The notes: generated from the letters alone by a model not told the origin. A DNA stretch of 64,000 nt from Saprospiraceae bacterium (GCA_020628095.1 JAHDFP010000011.1:72706-136705); one strand, 5' to 3'; counted from the stretch's first letter, positions 55,292 to 64,000 are shown. Numbers and translations: made by a program.

Positions 55292-57364
55292 TTGATAAAA
55301 GCATATAATTGCTGCGAAGCTTACGTTAGTATTTTTTTATGGAGCTTAATAATTATTTCTTTTACCGCGCTCCCATTTGCCCAGACCTTCTCTCAATCCA
55401 AAGAAATAGATAGCCTCGAGTCTCTACTTACCTTAGCAGAAAGCGAGACTCAACGAGTCGATTTGCTCAACGAACTGAGTTATGCGACCTACCCAGTTGA
55501 CATGAACCAGTCCATTATGTACGCTGATACGGCGCTTGTTCTTTCGGAATCTATGGGATATAAAAAAGGCAAAGGGTTTGCCTACAGGAATTTGGGTATA
55601 AACCATCGTAGTGCAGGTGACATACCTAAATGTCTTGAGCTTTCTCAGAAAGCTATCGAAATCGCTAATGACATAGATGACAAAGAATTATTGGCAAATG
55701 CTTATAATTCCTTGGGTGCATGTTATGATGATATGGAGCTCTATGATATAGCCATAGATCACTACAAAAATGCCAATAAATATGCCCAAGAAATAAATGA
55801 TAAGAGACTTATTTGCTTTACCTCAATCAACCTTTCTGTTCTATATGAGAAAAAGGGAGATACGGAGAAGTCAAGATATTATCATAAGAAAGGTGTAGAA
55901 ATTGCGCAGAGTAGTAAAGAGAAATCATTGAGATATATTCCCGATCTACAATTGGCCTGGCAATATCAGCATAATGAAGAACACGATAAGGCTTTAGATT
56001 ATTTAGAAAGGTCTCTTGAAACTAATCCAGAGATCTATACCAAAGGAGATATTTATAACAAAATTGCCCAGATATATCTTGAGCAGGGCAACTTACCCCT
56101 CGCTGAGAAAAATCTTAGACTAAGTGTTGAAACACTACAAGAGTATGGTGAAAATAATTTCTTAGAGGCGGCCAGATTGGAGTTAGTTAAAAACTTGATT
56201 TTGCAGGATAAGAATGACGAAGCCATCAGAATATTCGAAGGTATCAAGTTAAAAGCGGGACAAACAAACACAAAATTAGGCAAAGAGTATTACACCCAAA
56301 AAGTGTTACTTAACCTAAGAAAAACCGATCAGAGATTGATAGAAAATGACTTTGATAAACTGACCCGCATAACGGATAGCCTATATAATATCTCAGAATT
56401 ATATGCTACTAAGGAACTGGAAATCAAGCATCAGGTCGAAAGAAACGAAAATGAGAATACCTATCTGAAGGAATTACAGAGACAAAATCATCTCATATCC
56501 GCTCAAAGAAGAAGAGCCTTATTCATTTCTTTACTTGCGGCGGCCTTGGCTTGTGTGATGGCTTTTTTCCTTTATAGGTCTAATCGTCAGAAACAAGAGT
56601 TTAATGCTCTGTTATCGGATGAGATCCATCAGAAGACAGAAACTCTACGTGAGGCCAATGAGCAACTTAAAGCGTCCAATATAGAGCTAGAACGATTTGC
56701 TTATGTAGCCTCACATGACCTAAAAGAACCTCTGAGAAACATACATAACTTCTCGGAGTTACTGGACAGAAAACTCGGACAAGGAGGTATGGATGCAGAA
56801 CTGCAGGAGTATTTGAGTCTTATTAAGTCTAATGCTACTCAAATGTTTCATCTCGTAGAGGACTCCCTGGAGTACTCGCAGGTGGATCAAGGGTATAAAG
56901 AAAAATATCAAGAAACCGACCTTACAAGTATCATAAATGATATCAGAAAGGCCATGTATTCTGATCTTGAGAAAGAGAATGCTCAGATCATTATTGATAA
57001 TCCATCGCCCAGATTTAGTACCATCACATCACAGCTTTTTTTGGTACTTAAAAATTTGATTAGCAATGGGATTAAGTATAATACGAGTGAGACAAAGATC
57101 ATCCGAGTAGATTACTCAGATCAAGGCGAATATCATGAGTTTTCTGTATCAGATAACGGCATAGGTATAGAGCCAAAACATCAAAGGAGAGTGTTCGATA
57201 TGTTCAAGAGACTGCATACTCGTCATGATTATCCTGGCACAGGTCTTGGTCTGGCTATTTGCGAGAAAATAGTCAAAAATTTAGGTGGACAAATTACCTG
57301 TGAGAGCCAAGGCCAAGGCAGTACTTTTAGATTTACTATAGCGAAACGTCAAGAAGCCAATTGA
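55292..57364 (+). CDS. TPR-repeat sensor histidine kinase
   Basis: 690 aa with an apparent TTG start. An N-terminal signal/TM and TPR repeats precede a second TM segment. The H-box is ASHDLKEPLRNI, the N-box LISNGIKYN and the G-boxes DNGIGI and GTGLGLAI. Confidence 0.85.
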   Translation: MIKAYNCCEAYVSIFLWSLIIISFTALPFAQTFSQSKEIDSLESLLTLAESETQRVDLLNELSYATYPVDMNQSIMYADTALVLSESMGYKKGKGFAYRNLGINHRSAGDIPKCLELSQKAIEIANDIDDKELLANAYNSLGACYDDMELYDIAIDHYKNANKYAQEINDKRLICFTSINLSVLYEKKGDTEKSRYYHKKGVEIAQSSKEKSLRYIPDLQLAWQYQHNEEHDKALDYLERSLETNPEIYTKGDIYNKIAQIYLEQGNLPLAEKNLRLSVETLQEYGENNFLEAARLELVKNLILQDKNDEAIRIFEGIKLKAGQTNTKLGKEYYTQKVLLNLRKTDQRLIENDFDKLTRITDSLYNISELYATKELEIKHQVERNENENTYLKELQRQNHLISAQRRRALFISLLAAALACVMAFFLYRSNRQKQEFNALLSDEIHQKTETLREANEQLKASNIELERFAYVASHDLKEPLRNIHNFSELLDRKLGQGGMDAELQEYLSLIKSNATQMFHLVEDSLEYSQVDQGYKEKYQETDLTSIINDIRKAMYSDLEKENAQIIIDNPSPRFSTITSQLFLVLKNLISNGIKYNTSETKIIRVDYSDQGEYHEFSVSDNGIGIEPKHQRRVFDMFKRLHTRHDYPGTGLGLAICEKIVKNLGGQITCESQGQGSTFRFTIAKRQEAN

Positions 57365-57370
57365 AGAATA

Positions 57371-57667
57371 TTAGGCTCTTTTTTTACCCTTTTCGTTTTT
57401 GAGTTTGAGGACTTGTTTTTCGAGATTTTTTATGGCTTTGTCGAGAGATTCTTCTGTATTAGAAGCAATAGAGTGTATATGTACTATAGACCCTTGATGT
57501 GATATGAGGTCTATCTCGGACTTTATATTATCATTCTTATCTCTTTTGATTAAGATATTAATAGAGGAAATAAAGGCCTGAGTGAAACGTTCTTTGATGA
57601 TTTGTATAATGGATTTTTCGAGGTTTGCGTCTCGATCGGAATTTTTAAAATCAACATTCAATATCAT
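57371..57667 (-). CDS. HPF/RaiA-family ribosome-associated protein (short form)
   Basis: 98 aa. Its length and pattern (N-terminal beta-alpha, then ESLDKAIKNLEKQVLKLK near the C terminus) resemble hibernation-factor family members. It converges on the kinase gene with only 6 bp between the stops. Confidence 0.55.
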   Translation of the reverse strand: MILNVDFKNSDRDANLEKSIIQIIKERFTQAFISSINILIKRDKNDNIKSEIDLISHQGSIVHIHSIASNTEESLDKAIKNLEKQVLKLKNEKGKKRA

Positions 57668-57765
57668 ACACTTAATATTCTATACACATAACGGATGAAG
57701 GGTCAAAAAAGATTGCACCCAAAGAATAAAAAATGAATGCGTCTTCAAAATTGTCCTGATCTGGA

Positions 57766-58290
57766 CTATTTTTCCTGAAGAATGACAGCTCTGAATTTCC
57801 AGAAATAATCAGCAAATGAGATAATAGCCAGAGCCAATGCGAAGTAAATCACCCACATATAATGATCAAATTCCACTAATAGAAGTGTAAGCCCTAAAAA
57901 TAGAATAGCCGTCTTGGATTTGCCCAGCATACTGGCCTTAATCTCATACTTGTGATAGGCAGTGTATATTCTCATACCCATCACTATGATCTCTCTATAC
58001 AAAAATATAAAAGTGACCCAGGCCGGTATCACACCAGCGACACTAAAGACAAGTAAAGCCGATAGTACAAATAATTTGTCCGCGGTAAAATCGTGTATAG
58101 CTCCTAGGTAGCTCGTTTTGTTGTAAGTCCTAGCAATGTAACCATCTAAGAAATCAGTTATTGCCGAAGCAATAACCAGTCCCAACAAGAAATTATACTT
58201 ATGAGGCCAATCACCTAGAAATACGAGGGTCAATGGAGCAAAGATCCATCGAAGAAATGAAATGAACTGTGCTAGGTGCAAATGTTTCAT
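57766..58290 (-). CDS. CDP-alcohol phosphatidyltransferase-family protein
   Basis: 174 aa, polytopic. It carries the signature DFLDGYIAR..(8)..G...D...DK. Confidence 0.78.
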   Translation of the reverse strand: MKHLHLAQFISFLRWIFAPLTLVFLGDWPHKYNFLLGLVIASAITDFLDGYIARTYNKTSYLGAIHDFTADKLFVLSALLVFSVAGVIPAWVTFIFLYREIIVMGMRIYTAYHKYEIKASMLGKSKTAILFLGLTLLLVEFDHYMWVIYFALALAIISFADYFWKFRAVILQEK

Positions 58291-58438
58291 CTGGCAACAA
58301 GATATGATAAAAAATTACTGTCATGCTGTAATCGGTTGCCATTATTTCACTCTGACTGCCTACTTATAGGACAATATGGCATAAATGTGGTCATGGCATT
58401 TATTTTGACATTAATAATGCGTTAACAGAAAAATAGTA

Positions 58439-60307
58439 ATGGAAAAAGGACAAATCTCAGTACAAACGGAAAATATATTCCCGATTATCAAAAAGTTTCT
58501 CTACTCTGATCAGGAAATCTTCCTGAGAGAACTTATCTCCAATGCCATAGATGCCACCACCAAAATCAAGACTTTGGCATCAAGGGGTGAATTTAAAGAA
58601 GAGTTAGGCGAATTAACGATTGATATAATTCTCGATGAGAAGAAAAAGACGCTGACTATTAGAGATCGCGGTATCGGTATGTCAGAGGCAGAGGTCAAAA
58701 AATATCTTAATCAGGTCGCGTTTTCATCAGCAGAATCATTCCTCAAGAAATATCAGGATGATGCGAGTATCATTGGTCATTTTGGACTTGGTTTTTATTC
58801 TGCATTTATGGTGGCGAGTAAGGTAGAAGTCGTCACTAAGTCCTATAAGAAATCAGCTAAAGCGGTCAAGTGGGTCTGCACTGGTAATCCAGAATACAAA
58901 ATAGGCGCAGGCGAGAGAGACTTTAGAGGCACAGATATTATTCTACACGTCTCTGATGACAGCAAGGAGTTCTTGGAAAAAGCACGGATACAATCCCTCT
59001 TAGATAAATACTCTAAGTTCTTACCTATTCCTATAAGATTTGGTACCAAGACAAGAACTGAATGGGAAGGAGAAGGCGAGGATAGAAAATCTAAAGAAAT
59101 TATAGAGGATAACATCGTCAATAATCCAGACCCTCTATGGAAAAAGAAACCCAATAAGCTCAAGGAAGAAGATTATAAGTCCTTTTATCAGGAGCTATAT
59201 CCATACAGCCAAGAGCCACTTTTTTGGATACATCTTAATATGGATTATCCATTTAATTTGACCGGTGTGCTTTATTTTCCTAAGCTGAATAACAGTCTGG
59301 AGGTCCAAAAAAATAAAATACAACTTTACTCTAATCAGGTCTATGTGACAGATGACGTAAAAGAGATTGTTCCTGAGTTTTTGTTGTTATTGCATGGCGT
59401 TATAGATTCTCCAGATATACCACTTAATGTATCGAGGTCTTACCTACAGAGCGACAGCAATGTGCGCAAGATTACCTCTTATATCACTAAGAAAGTGGCT
59501 GATAAGTTGAAATCACTCTATAAGAAAGACCCTAAGTCCTTTGAAGAAAAATGGGATGATGTAGGGACATTCGTTAAATACGGAATGATCTCTGACGAAA
59601 AGTTTAATGATAAAGCTGGGGCTTTTACCCTTGTAAAGAATACGAATGGCGAGTTTGCAGTACTAGATGATTATCTAGAGAAGATAAAAGCCACGCAGAC
59701 AGATAAGCATGAGCGCACAGTAGTCATCTATACAACCAACGAAAAAGAACAGCACAGTTATATAGAATCCGCTAAATCTTACGGCTATGATGTCGCTATG
59801 ATGAATAATGTGATAGATAATCACTTCATGCAGCATCTGGAGCAAAAGAAGGATAAGATCACTTTCGTACGGGTAGATTCTGATACGGTAGATAAGCTCG
59901 TCCAGAAGGACGAAGAAAAGGCCTCTGTACTATCTGAGAAAGAAGAAGAAAAAGTCAAGACGCTATTTACAGATGCGCTAGGAGATCTCAAGGGGGGGAA
60001 TATAGAACTAAGGCCGCTAGGTCCTGATGACCACCCTGTGATGATTACTAAGCCAGAATTCATGCGAAGGATGAAGGAAATGCAGATGATGCAAGGTATG
60101 TCTATGGGAGATCTGCCAGACAGCCATAACGTTATCATCAATGCTAATCATGAGATTGTCGCTCAGAAACTATTGTCTATGAAAGGCAAGGAAAAGAAAG
60201 CAAGATTCGCTAAATACCTCTATGATCTAGCCAGGCTCAACCAAAATATGCTGAAAGGAGAAGAAATGAGCGATTTTATAAAAACGAGCTTAGAGTTCAT
60301 GAAATAG
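58439..60307 (+). CDS. htpG: Molecular chaperone HtpG (Hsp90)
   Basis: 622 aa. Motifs include ELISNAIDA and GHFGLGFYSAFMVA, and it has the Hsp90 middle and C-terminal domains. Confidence 0.95.
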   Translation: MEKGQISVQTENIFPIIKKFLYSDQEIFLRELISNAIDATTKIKTLASRGEFKEELGELTIDIILDEKKKTLTIRDRGIGMSEAEVKKYLNQVAFSSAESFLKKYQDDASIIGHFGLGFYSAFMVASKVEVVTKSYKKSAKAVKWVCTGNPEYKIGAGERDFRGTDIILHVSDDSKEFLEKARIQSLLDKYSKFLPIPIRFGTKTRTEWEGEGEDRKSKEIIEDNIVNNPDPLWKKKPNKLKEEDYKSFYQELYPYSQEPLFWIHLNMDYPFNLTGVLYFPKLNNSLEVQKNKIQLYSNQVYVTDDVKEIVPEFLLLLHGVIDSPDIPLNVSRSYLQSDSNVRKITSYITKKVADKLKSLYKKDPKSFEEKWDDVGTFVKYGMISDEKFNDKAGAFTLVKNTNGEFAVLDDYLEKIKATQTDKHERTVVIYTTNEKEQHSYIESAKSYGYDVAMMNNVIDNHFMQHLEQKKDKITFVRVDSDTVDKLVQKDEEKASVLSEKEEEKVKTLFTDALGDLKGGNIELRPLGPDDHPVMITKPEFMRRMKEMQMMQGMSMGDLPDSHNVIINANHEIVAQKLLSMKGKEKKARFAKYLYDLARLNQNMLKGEEMSDFIKTSLEFMK

Positions 60308-60484
60308 GAAACAGGGAAATTAGTGCAGATAATGGGGATTTAAGTAGATTTTATTTTAGTTATTTGCACTAATTAAAAAAAATAGAGAATAGGTCTCAGT
60401 TTAGATATCGTCCTGCCGATTTATAACCCGACTCCTGATTGGGCGTCAGAGACTATTCGCCAGTATAATGAGCTAAAGGCTAGA

Positions 60485-61093
60485 TTGGATTTTGTAGATC
60501 AATTTACTCTGATTATAGTCAATGATGGCAGTAACAAAAGTCTGTCTGAGGGAATTACAGATATAAAAAAGACGATACCCGAAAGTCATTACATCGATTA
60601 TCACACTAATATGGGTAAAGGTCATGCGCTGAGGAAGGGGGTCGAGAGATGCCATAGTGATCTTATCATGTATACGGACTATGATTTTCCATACACCTAT
60701 GGGAGCATGATATCGATGGTTAAGATATTACAATCGGATAAGGTCGATGCTGTCGTAGGTAAAAGAGACCAATCTTACTATAATCATATATCTAAGCGCC
60801 GTCAGCGCATAAGCCACTATCTACGAAATGCTAATAGACTACTCTTTAGATTACCTACGGATGATACTCAGTGTGGCCTAAAAGTATTCCGCCAAAATCA
60901 AAAAGAATTATTCCTAAGTACAAAAACCAATCGTTATTTGATAGACGTAGAATTTCTGAAATTAATGTCTAAAAACAAGATCAAAGTTGGCGTGCAACTG
61001 GTCAAACTAAGAGAGAACGTCAAGCTGTCTAAAATCTCTAACCTCTACCTAGTCAAGGAATTTTTTAATTATCTGAAGATTATGTTGACTTAG
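60485..61093 (+). CDS. Family-2 glycosyltransferase (polyprenol-phosphate glycosyltransferase-like); the true N terminus is probably upstream
   Basis: This is the ORF-track TTG start. Motifs are NDGS, a DYD (DxD) motif, GKR and QCGLKVF. The conserved first beta-strand (LDIVLPIYNP) is encoded in frame upstream (see findings). Confidence 0.7.
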   Translation: MDFVDQFTLIIVNDGSNKSLSEGITDIKKTIPESHYIDYHTNMGKGHALRKGVERCHSDLIMYTDYDFPYTYGSMISMVKILQSDKVDAVVGKRDQSYYNHISKRRQRISHYLRNANRLLFRLPTDDTQCGLKVFRQNQKELFLSTKTNRYLIDVEFLKLMSKNKIKVGVQLVKLRENVKLSKISNLYLVKEFFNYLKIMLT

Positions 61094-61159
61094 GATGTTA
61101 TAGAAGTACGGTATAATAGTACGACTTGGCTCGACTTCTTTTTTAATATGCTTTAAACA

Positions 61160-61244
61160 TTTTTCATCTCGACCTTGTGGAGAGATCTCTAGGTAGAGAG
61201 ATCTTATATGACTGAAGATTTTTCGACAAGCTCAAAATGAAAAA
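61160..61244. repeat. Imperfect 28-nt inverted repeat pair
   Basis: 61160-61187 TTTTTCATCTCGACCTTGTGGAGAGATC compares with the reverse complement of 61217-61244, TTTTTCATTTTGAGCTTGTCGAAAAATC (22/28 identical). The spacer contains a GAGAGATCT direct repeat. Confidence 0.6.
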
Positions 61245-61272
61245 AATGCAAATAGCGACTAATACTGTCAAA

Positions 61273-61327
61273 TTTTGGGGAATGCCAAAATAACGTACCA
61301 AAAAGAAAAGATACTTCTTAATATCCC
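61273..61327 (-). repeat. Stop-codon-flank repeat, full-length copy (7-bp hairpin ATTTTGG/CCAAAAT plus T-rich module)
   Basis: It ends 3 nt from the stop of the CMD-family gene at 61331. It aligns with 36422-36453 (reverse complement) and 36766-36798 (same strand). See findings. Confidence 0.6.
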
Positions 61328-61330
61328 GAC

Positions 61331-61678
61331 TTAGGCCTTATTGGCTTCTAGTTCGTCCCAGTACTCTACGGCTCTCCGTGTGTGTGGAATACAGATCGAG
61401 CCACCTACAAGGTTAGCTATAGAAAATACCTCGAATACTTCTTCTGTGCTTGTACCCAGCTCATGTGCTGTGCCCAGGTGATATTTGATGCAATCATCAC
61501 AACGTAGTACCATAGATGCGACAAGACCTAATAGTTCTTTGGTTTTGACATCTAATGCACCTTCGCTGTAGGCCTGATTATCCAGACTGAAAAATCTTTT
61601 GAGTACTTTATTATCCTGACCGAGAATACGGTCATTCATTTTTTTTCTATAGTCGTTAAATTGTTCTACTTGACTCAT
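61331..61678 (-). CDS. Carboxymuconolactone decarboxylase (AhpD-like) family protein
   Basis: 115 aa with a CDDCIKYH (CxxC..H) motif in an all-helical small protein. Confidence 0.75.
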   Translation of the reverse strand: MSQVEQFNDYRKKMNDRILGQDNKVLKRFFSLDNQAYSEGALDVKTKELLGLVASMVLRCDDCIKYHLGTAHELGTSTEEVFEVFSIANLVGGSICIPHTRRAVEYWDELEANKA

Positions 61679-61724
61679 GGCTTAAGTTTTTTTGTGAATC
61701 GCATTGATTTTATAACGGAGTACA

Positions 61725-62186
61725 TTATTCTGTTCCCTTATTAATTTTTCTCCAGACAGAAATTATCATCCTAAAAGGCATCATCAGATTAGTGATAAAA
61801 GCAGATGCCCAGAAGAATATCATTTCTGTTTTGATAAATAGAGCCAGCTTGGCTTGGTTTGTATAAGGAAGTTCGCCTAAGACCGATCTGATACCTTCCT
61901 CATCAGCAAATCTCTGAAAATCATATATCACACCTAACAGATAAAAAAATAGAGGAATAGGCAGAATCATGAATATGGCTTTTGCCCAGTTAGATATAGT
62001 CAGCCAATGATGCTTAAGCAAGAAAATGTACCTGACAAAGGTGACCGCAATTATTATCACTAAGATATTATCTCTGTAAAATGGGTAGGCATCCCCTATG
62101 TTCAGATATATCGGAACCAGAAATAATAAGAGGATAACTAACGTTATCATCCACCATAGCAACTCAAAGTATAATTTGTATTTCAA
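61725..62186 (-). CDS. Integral membrane protein, function unknown
   Basis: 153 aa with four predicted hydrophobic helices. I recognise no motif. Confidence 0.45.
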   Translation of the reverse strand: MKYKLYFELLWWMITLVILLLFLVPIYLNIGDAYPFYRDNILVIIIAVTFVRYIFLLKHHWLTISNWAKAIFMILPIPLFFYLLGVIYDFQRFADEEGIRSVLGELPYTNQAKLALFIKTEMIFFWASAFITNLMMPFRMIISVWRKINKGTE

Positions 62187-62264
62187 CGTCCGTTATTTCT
62201 GTTTTTTATATATCAGATAGTAAGCTAAAATAACTAGCTTATTCGCCTTTTCTATATCAGAATC

Positions 62265-64000
62265 CTAATTTGATACTTCGGCAATGTAATGATTATAAAC
62301 AACAAAATTACTGTCCAGTTTAATGCGGAAAGAATCTTTGCTTTCAGAAATTATGGCATGATCTATATGAAGTAGGTCGGCTGTGATATTCCAATCTAAA
62401 AAGTCTGCTCCGGAAGGTATTTCTATATTTTTTTTGAGTTGTATCCAGTTATCGATGACTTCGCACCTCGGTATATCTAAATCGCGATAATTAATGATTT
62501 GTAAGGTTTTCTGATTAGCATCTTTGATATAAATAGAAAAGAATGCCGTCGTGCTATGGTTAGGTTCTATTTTGGTCCAAAGACTCATAGTAAGAGAATC
62601 GGATGATACATCATTAAGACTTACGGGACCAGCTATTTTTGTGAGACCATTTATTTTAACCGCACCCTGAGAATATAGTCCTGTGTTCTTCTGCTCGTTA
62701 TATCCATTATAGTACATCGGGCTCTTATTGTCCAGGTTCATATCTGGGAGCTTTCTTGCCTGATCTAAGCTAGCCGTATTGATACCATAGACCTTCACTT
62801 CTTTACTTTCTCCTAGGTAATAACCCATTGCAAGCAGGTCCGCATATTCAGCTTCTACTTCTTTTCCTATCACGATAAGAAAGTCCTTTTGGCTCGGTAG
62901 ATCTTTGACTAGGGTCTTAGTTACATAGGAAGAAGAACCTAATTGGTACTGACTGAGTATGTTGCTGAGTGATGTGCGGGACATGTAGGCTCCTATAATG
63001 GGTAGGCCTGATTGGAAAGCATAGGGTATAGCTCTTGTTTTGGAGAACCAGTTGTCGGCAGGCGTGATTTTTTCTGCACCTTCCATACTGACAGGTAATG
63101 GTAAGATGGCCTGAAAGTCCTTGGCATCATAAGTTGATGCCTTCACTATATCGTTCACCTCTTTGTTGCTATACAGTTCGTTAGGTGCCTTATACTTGTT
63201 CATGTTTTTGTTGAAAGCTTTGGTATAAAACCAAAAATCCAAGCACCACAATCCAAGCACCAGAGCGATCAGACTAGATCTAAGAATGGGTGATTTAGCT
63301 TGATGAATCACCATATAGAAAAAGACTGAAAGAGTAACAAATCCCACGTAATAAAATGGCCAGGAAAAGCGGCCTAGAGCGCGGAATTGTTTCATCATAG
63401 GTATCCAGTCTAATATCTTATGACCTGTGATAAAAATATGTAAACCACATGCGAAAAGAAGAACGAGAATAGATGCCAGGAAATAGTAGGATTCTATATT
63501 TGCTTTTTTTGTAGACGGTTTTTTGAAACGTATAGATATCCAAATCAGGGGACAGATGAAAATTAAAACACCTAAGTAATTATATCCCTCGTGGTAACTT
63601 GTCCTTGTCTCCAAGACTCCAGAAAACAAACGCGCAAACCAACCATAGAATGGAAAAAAATCAGCTGCTTCAGCTTTGTATTCCCAAGCACCCCAGGGAT
63701 TCTGAGGACGATCAGCATATATGTCTAATCCACTATTGATATACAAATACAACAGAACTGGAATAACCGCAGAAGAGAAGACACTCCAGTGTATTCTCTT
63801 TGATAATATCTCAATAAAGAAAAATGCTAATAAAAAGAAGCTGCCAATCAGCAAATGATAAGGATGGATGAAAGCATAAATCAAAAGCGCGACGATGCTG
63901 ATCAGGATATAATTTATGTTCTTAATCCGACTCTCTTTATAGCATATCAAAAGATACCAGATACTCGGAAAGCAAAAAGTATATCCTAATGCGAAGTGGG
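62265..64000 (-). CDS. Large polytopic membrane protein with a C-terminal extracytoplasmic domain (5' end outside the window)
   Basis: The reading frame remains open through base 64000, so the TTG at 63950 is not necessarily the start. About 9 TM helices are followed by a ~330-aa soluble domain. The architecture resembles lipid-linked glycosyltransferase or YfhO-like proteins. Function is not established. Confidence 0.5.
   Translation of the reverse strand, partial: HFALGYTFCFPSIWYLLICYKESRIKNINYILISIVALLIYAFIHPYHLLIGSFFLLAFFFIEILSKRIHWSVFSSAVIPVLLYLYINSGLDIYADRPQNPWGAWEYKAEAADFFPFYGWFARLFSGVLETRTSYHEGYNYLGVLIFICPLIWISIRFKKPSTKKANIESYYFLASILVLLFACGLHIFITGHKILDWIPMMKQFRALGRFSWPFYYVGFVTLSVFFYMVIHQAKSPILRSSLIALVLGLWCLDFWFYTKAFNKNMNKYKAPNELYSNKEVNDIVKASTYDAKDFQAILPLPVSMEGAEKITPADNWFSKTRAIPYAFQSGLPIIGAYMSRTSLSNILSQYQLGSSSYVTKTLVKDLPSQKDFLIVIGKEVEAEYADLLAMGYYLGESKEVKVYGINTASLDQARKLPDMNLDNKSPMYYNGYNEQKNTGLYSQGAVKINGLTKIAGPVSLNDVSSDSLTMSLWTKIEPNHSTTAFFSIYIKDANQKTLQIINYRDLDIPRCEVIDNWIQLKKNIEIPSGADFLDWNITADLLHIDHAIISESKDSFRIKLDSNFVVYNHYIAEVSN

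Noticed and set aside
1-64000. Window-wide look for CRISPR arrays, rRNA/tRNA genes, transposases, integrases, toxin-antitoxin pairs, restriction-modification or other defence islands
   Set aside because: I found no regularly spaced direct repeats, no cloverleaf-like or rRNA-like segments in the intergenic gaps, and no ORF with transposase, integrase, nuclease or methylase motifs. The window reads as core genome.

Overview
This window looks like an AT-rich Bacteroidota chromosomal core region: it has several type IX secretion (T9SS) genes, a MurF-Alr fusion, a SurA/PpiD-type chaperone operon and TAnnTTTG-type promoter boxes. About 45 genes are densely packed. They cover translation and transcription (nusA 3' end, infB, rpoZ-like, HPF-like), replication and repair (dnaX, ruvA), and nucleotide and cofactor synthesis (gpmI, nadC, nadE, pyrD, purN, purD, coaBC, dcd). 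They also cover envelope biogenesis (bamD, three PPIase/SurA-like genes, murF-alr, M23 peptidase, GT2, CDP-alcohol phosphatidyltransferase) and T9SS parts (DUF4835/PorD-like, a PorW/SprE-like TPR lipoprotein, a giant SprA, one CTD-bearing cargo). I found no rRNA, tRNA, CRISPR array, transposase, integrase or recognisable defence island, and no convincing new multi-gene system. The points most worth a second look are listed here.

- An A10 slippery tract in dnaX sits at the domain III/IV boundary, and both shifted frames stop almost at once, so a gamma-like product is possible.
- A previously unexplained repeat family lies just downstream of several stop codons. Related copies occur at 36.4, 36.8, 41.2 and 61.3 kb.
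- A 484-bp gap between two convergent genes has no ORF and a G+C-richer core.
- A solitary 822-aa HerA/YjgR-like ATPase carries a long uncharacterised C-terminal half.
- A translationally coupled flavoprotein and membrane polyferredoxin pair has no known function.
- A GT2 gene has its conserved N-terminal strand upstream of any canonical start codon.
- A perfect 16-bp palindrome lies in the purD/ruvA divergent region.

All functional calls come from reading motifs in the supplied translations. No database search was run.
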